From IMG/VR virus record IMGVR_UViG_3300045988_104813: 40,494 bases of DNA, one strand, 5' to 3'. The translations under genes were made by a program, and so were the position numbers. Source of the DNA: a virus. This document shows, piece after piece, positions 40,030 through 40,494 of the stretch. Positions within the stretch are counted from its first letter, which is position 1. Every line of letters begins with the position of its first letter. Under the pieces are notes generated by a model that did not search any database, was not told where the DNA came from, and saw nothing but the letters and a program-made list of their open reading frames with translations.

Positions 40030-40079
40030 GCATAATATCAAGAATTTTACAATGAGAGATAGAAAGTAGGTGAAAAACA

Positions 40080-40283
40080 ATGGCAAAAGTAATGGTAGAA
40101 GTAAAGCAAGTAGATTTGAAAACATTTCGCCAAATGTTCGGAATACCGGAGCATACTGTACAACGTTGGGTACACACCAAGAATTTCCCGGCATACAAGT
40201 TGGGTCAGAAATGGTACGTTGACCTGAAAGCATTTGAAAAATGGCGTGAAACAGAACACGCCAACAGCTACAAATATGCGTAA
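40080..40283 (+). CDS. Excisionase-like / MerR-type HTH DNA-binding protein
   Basis: FRQMFGIPEHTVQRWVHTKNFPAYKLGQKWYVDLKAFEKW resembles the HTH_17/Xis family pattern. Confidence 0.5.
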   Translation: MAKVMVEVKQVDLKTFRQMFGIPEHTVQRWVHTKNFPAYKLGQKWYVDLKAFEKWRETEHANSYKYA

Positions 40284-40439
40284 AGCATAATAAAACACCT
40301 TGCAGGCAGACAAGGGCTGTCCGCAGTATTATACCGCAAAAAAGTCAATTTTTCTTTTCCCTAAAAAGTTTGAATTTTAATGAAATCTGTTTTGCGGACG
40401 GCTCCTGTGTGCCTGTGAGGAAGTAAAGAGAGGTAAACA

Positions 40440-40494
40440 AATGAACACAATAGGAATTGCACTGATTAGTTTCGGTATCGGACTAATCATAAGT
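40440..40494. repeat. Exact 55-bp terminal direct repeat, copy 2
   Basis: Identical to 1-55. Confidence 0.9.

Larger units (their letters stand above)
1..40494. mobile_element. Complete temperate siphovirus-like phage genome, circularly permuted (replicative/packaged topology: endolysin next to integrase)
   Basis: Full set of packaging, head, tail, lysis, integrase, CI/Cro and replication modules; 55-bp identical ends; nearly all genes co-oriented. Confidence 0.8.

Overview
The window reads as one complete temperate siphovirus-type phage genome, about 40.4 kb, low GC (roughly 38-40% by eye), with Firmicute-phage gene content (YopX, XkdX, XhlA, LL-H-type holin, Amidase_3 endolysin, TP901-type tape measure, Cu-amine-oxidase-N-like moron). 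Bases 1-55 are identical to 40440-40494, so the contig is a circular, permuted assembly opened inside the early region, not an integrated prophage. Nearly all genes are on the + strand. Order: early small ORFs; a Gp157/Sak4-like ATPase/SSB-like recombination module (2134-3814); a large P-loop replicative helicase-like protein (3828-5693); a candidate origin with GCCCTA iterons and an AT-rich core (5694-5922); SNF2 helicase plus VRR-NUC nuclease (5923-7469); a block of small hypothetical/regulatory genes (7459-11105) including YopX, a very acidic protein and a sigma-region-4-like putative late activator; an N6-adenine methyltransferase with a fused HsdS-like specificity domain (11351-12916); terS, terL, portal, MuF-family protein with an extra AT-rich C-terminal module, scaffold, major capsid, connector proteins, major tail protein; G/GT tail chaperones with a -1 frameshift site; a 1619-aa tape measure; Dit; Tal; two low-GC morons (a minus-strand secreted Cu-amine-oxidase-N-like protein and an Abi_2 abortive-infection-like gene flanked by duplicated terminators); a receptor-binding protein with a beta-helix depolymerase-like C-terminus; an XkdX/XhlA/holin/unknown/amidase lysis cassette; then on the minus strand a tyrosine integrase and a LexA-like (HTH + S24) CI repressor, divergent from a cro-like gene across a three-operator switch; then two copies of a modular cassette of + and - small ORFs with RBS-sequestering hairpins, and an excisionase-like HTH gene. 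No rRNA, tRNA or CRISPR array was seen. Coordinates I derived myself (adjusted starts, small ORFs, motifs) may be off by 1-2 nt; coordinates taken from the ORF track are exact. All family names are from motif recognition by eye; no database search was run.
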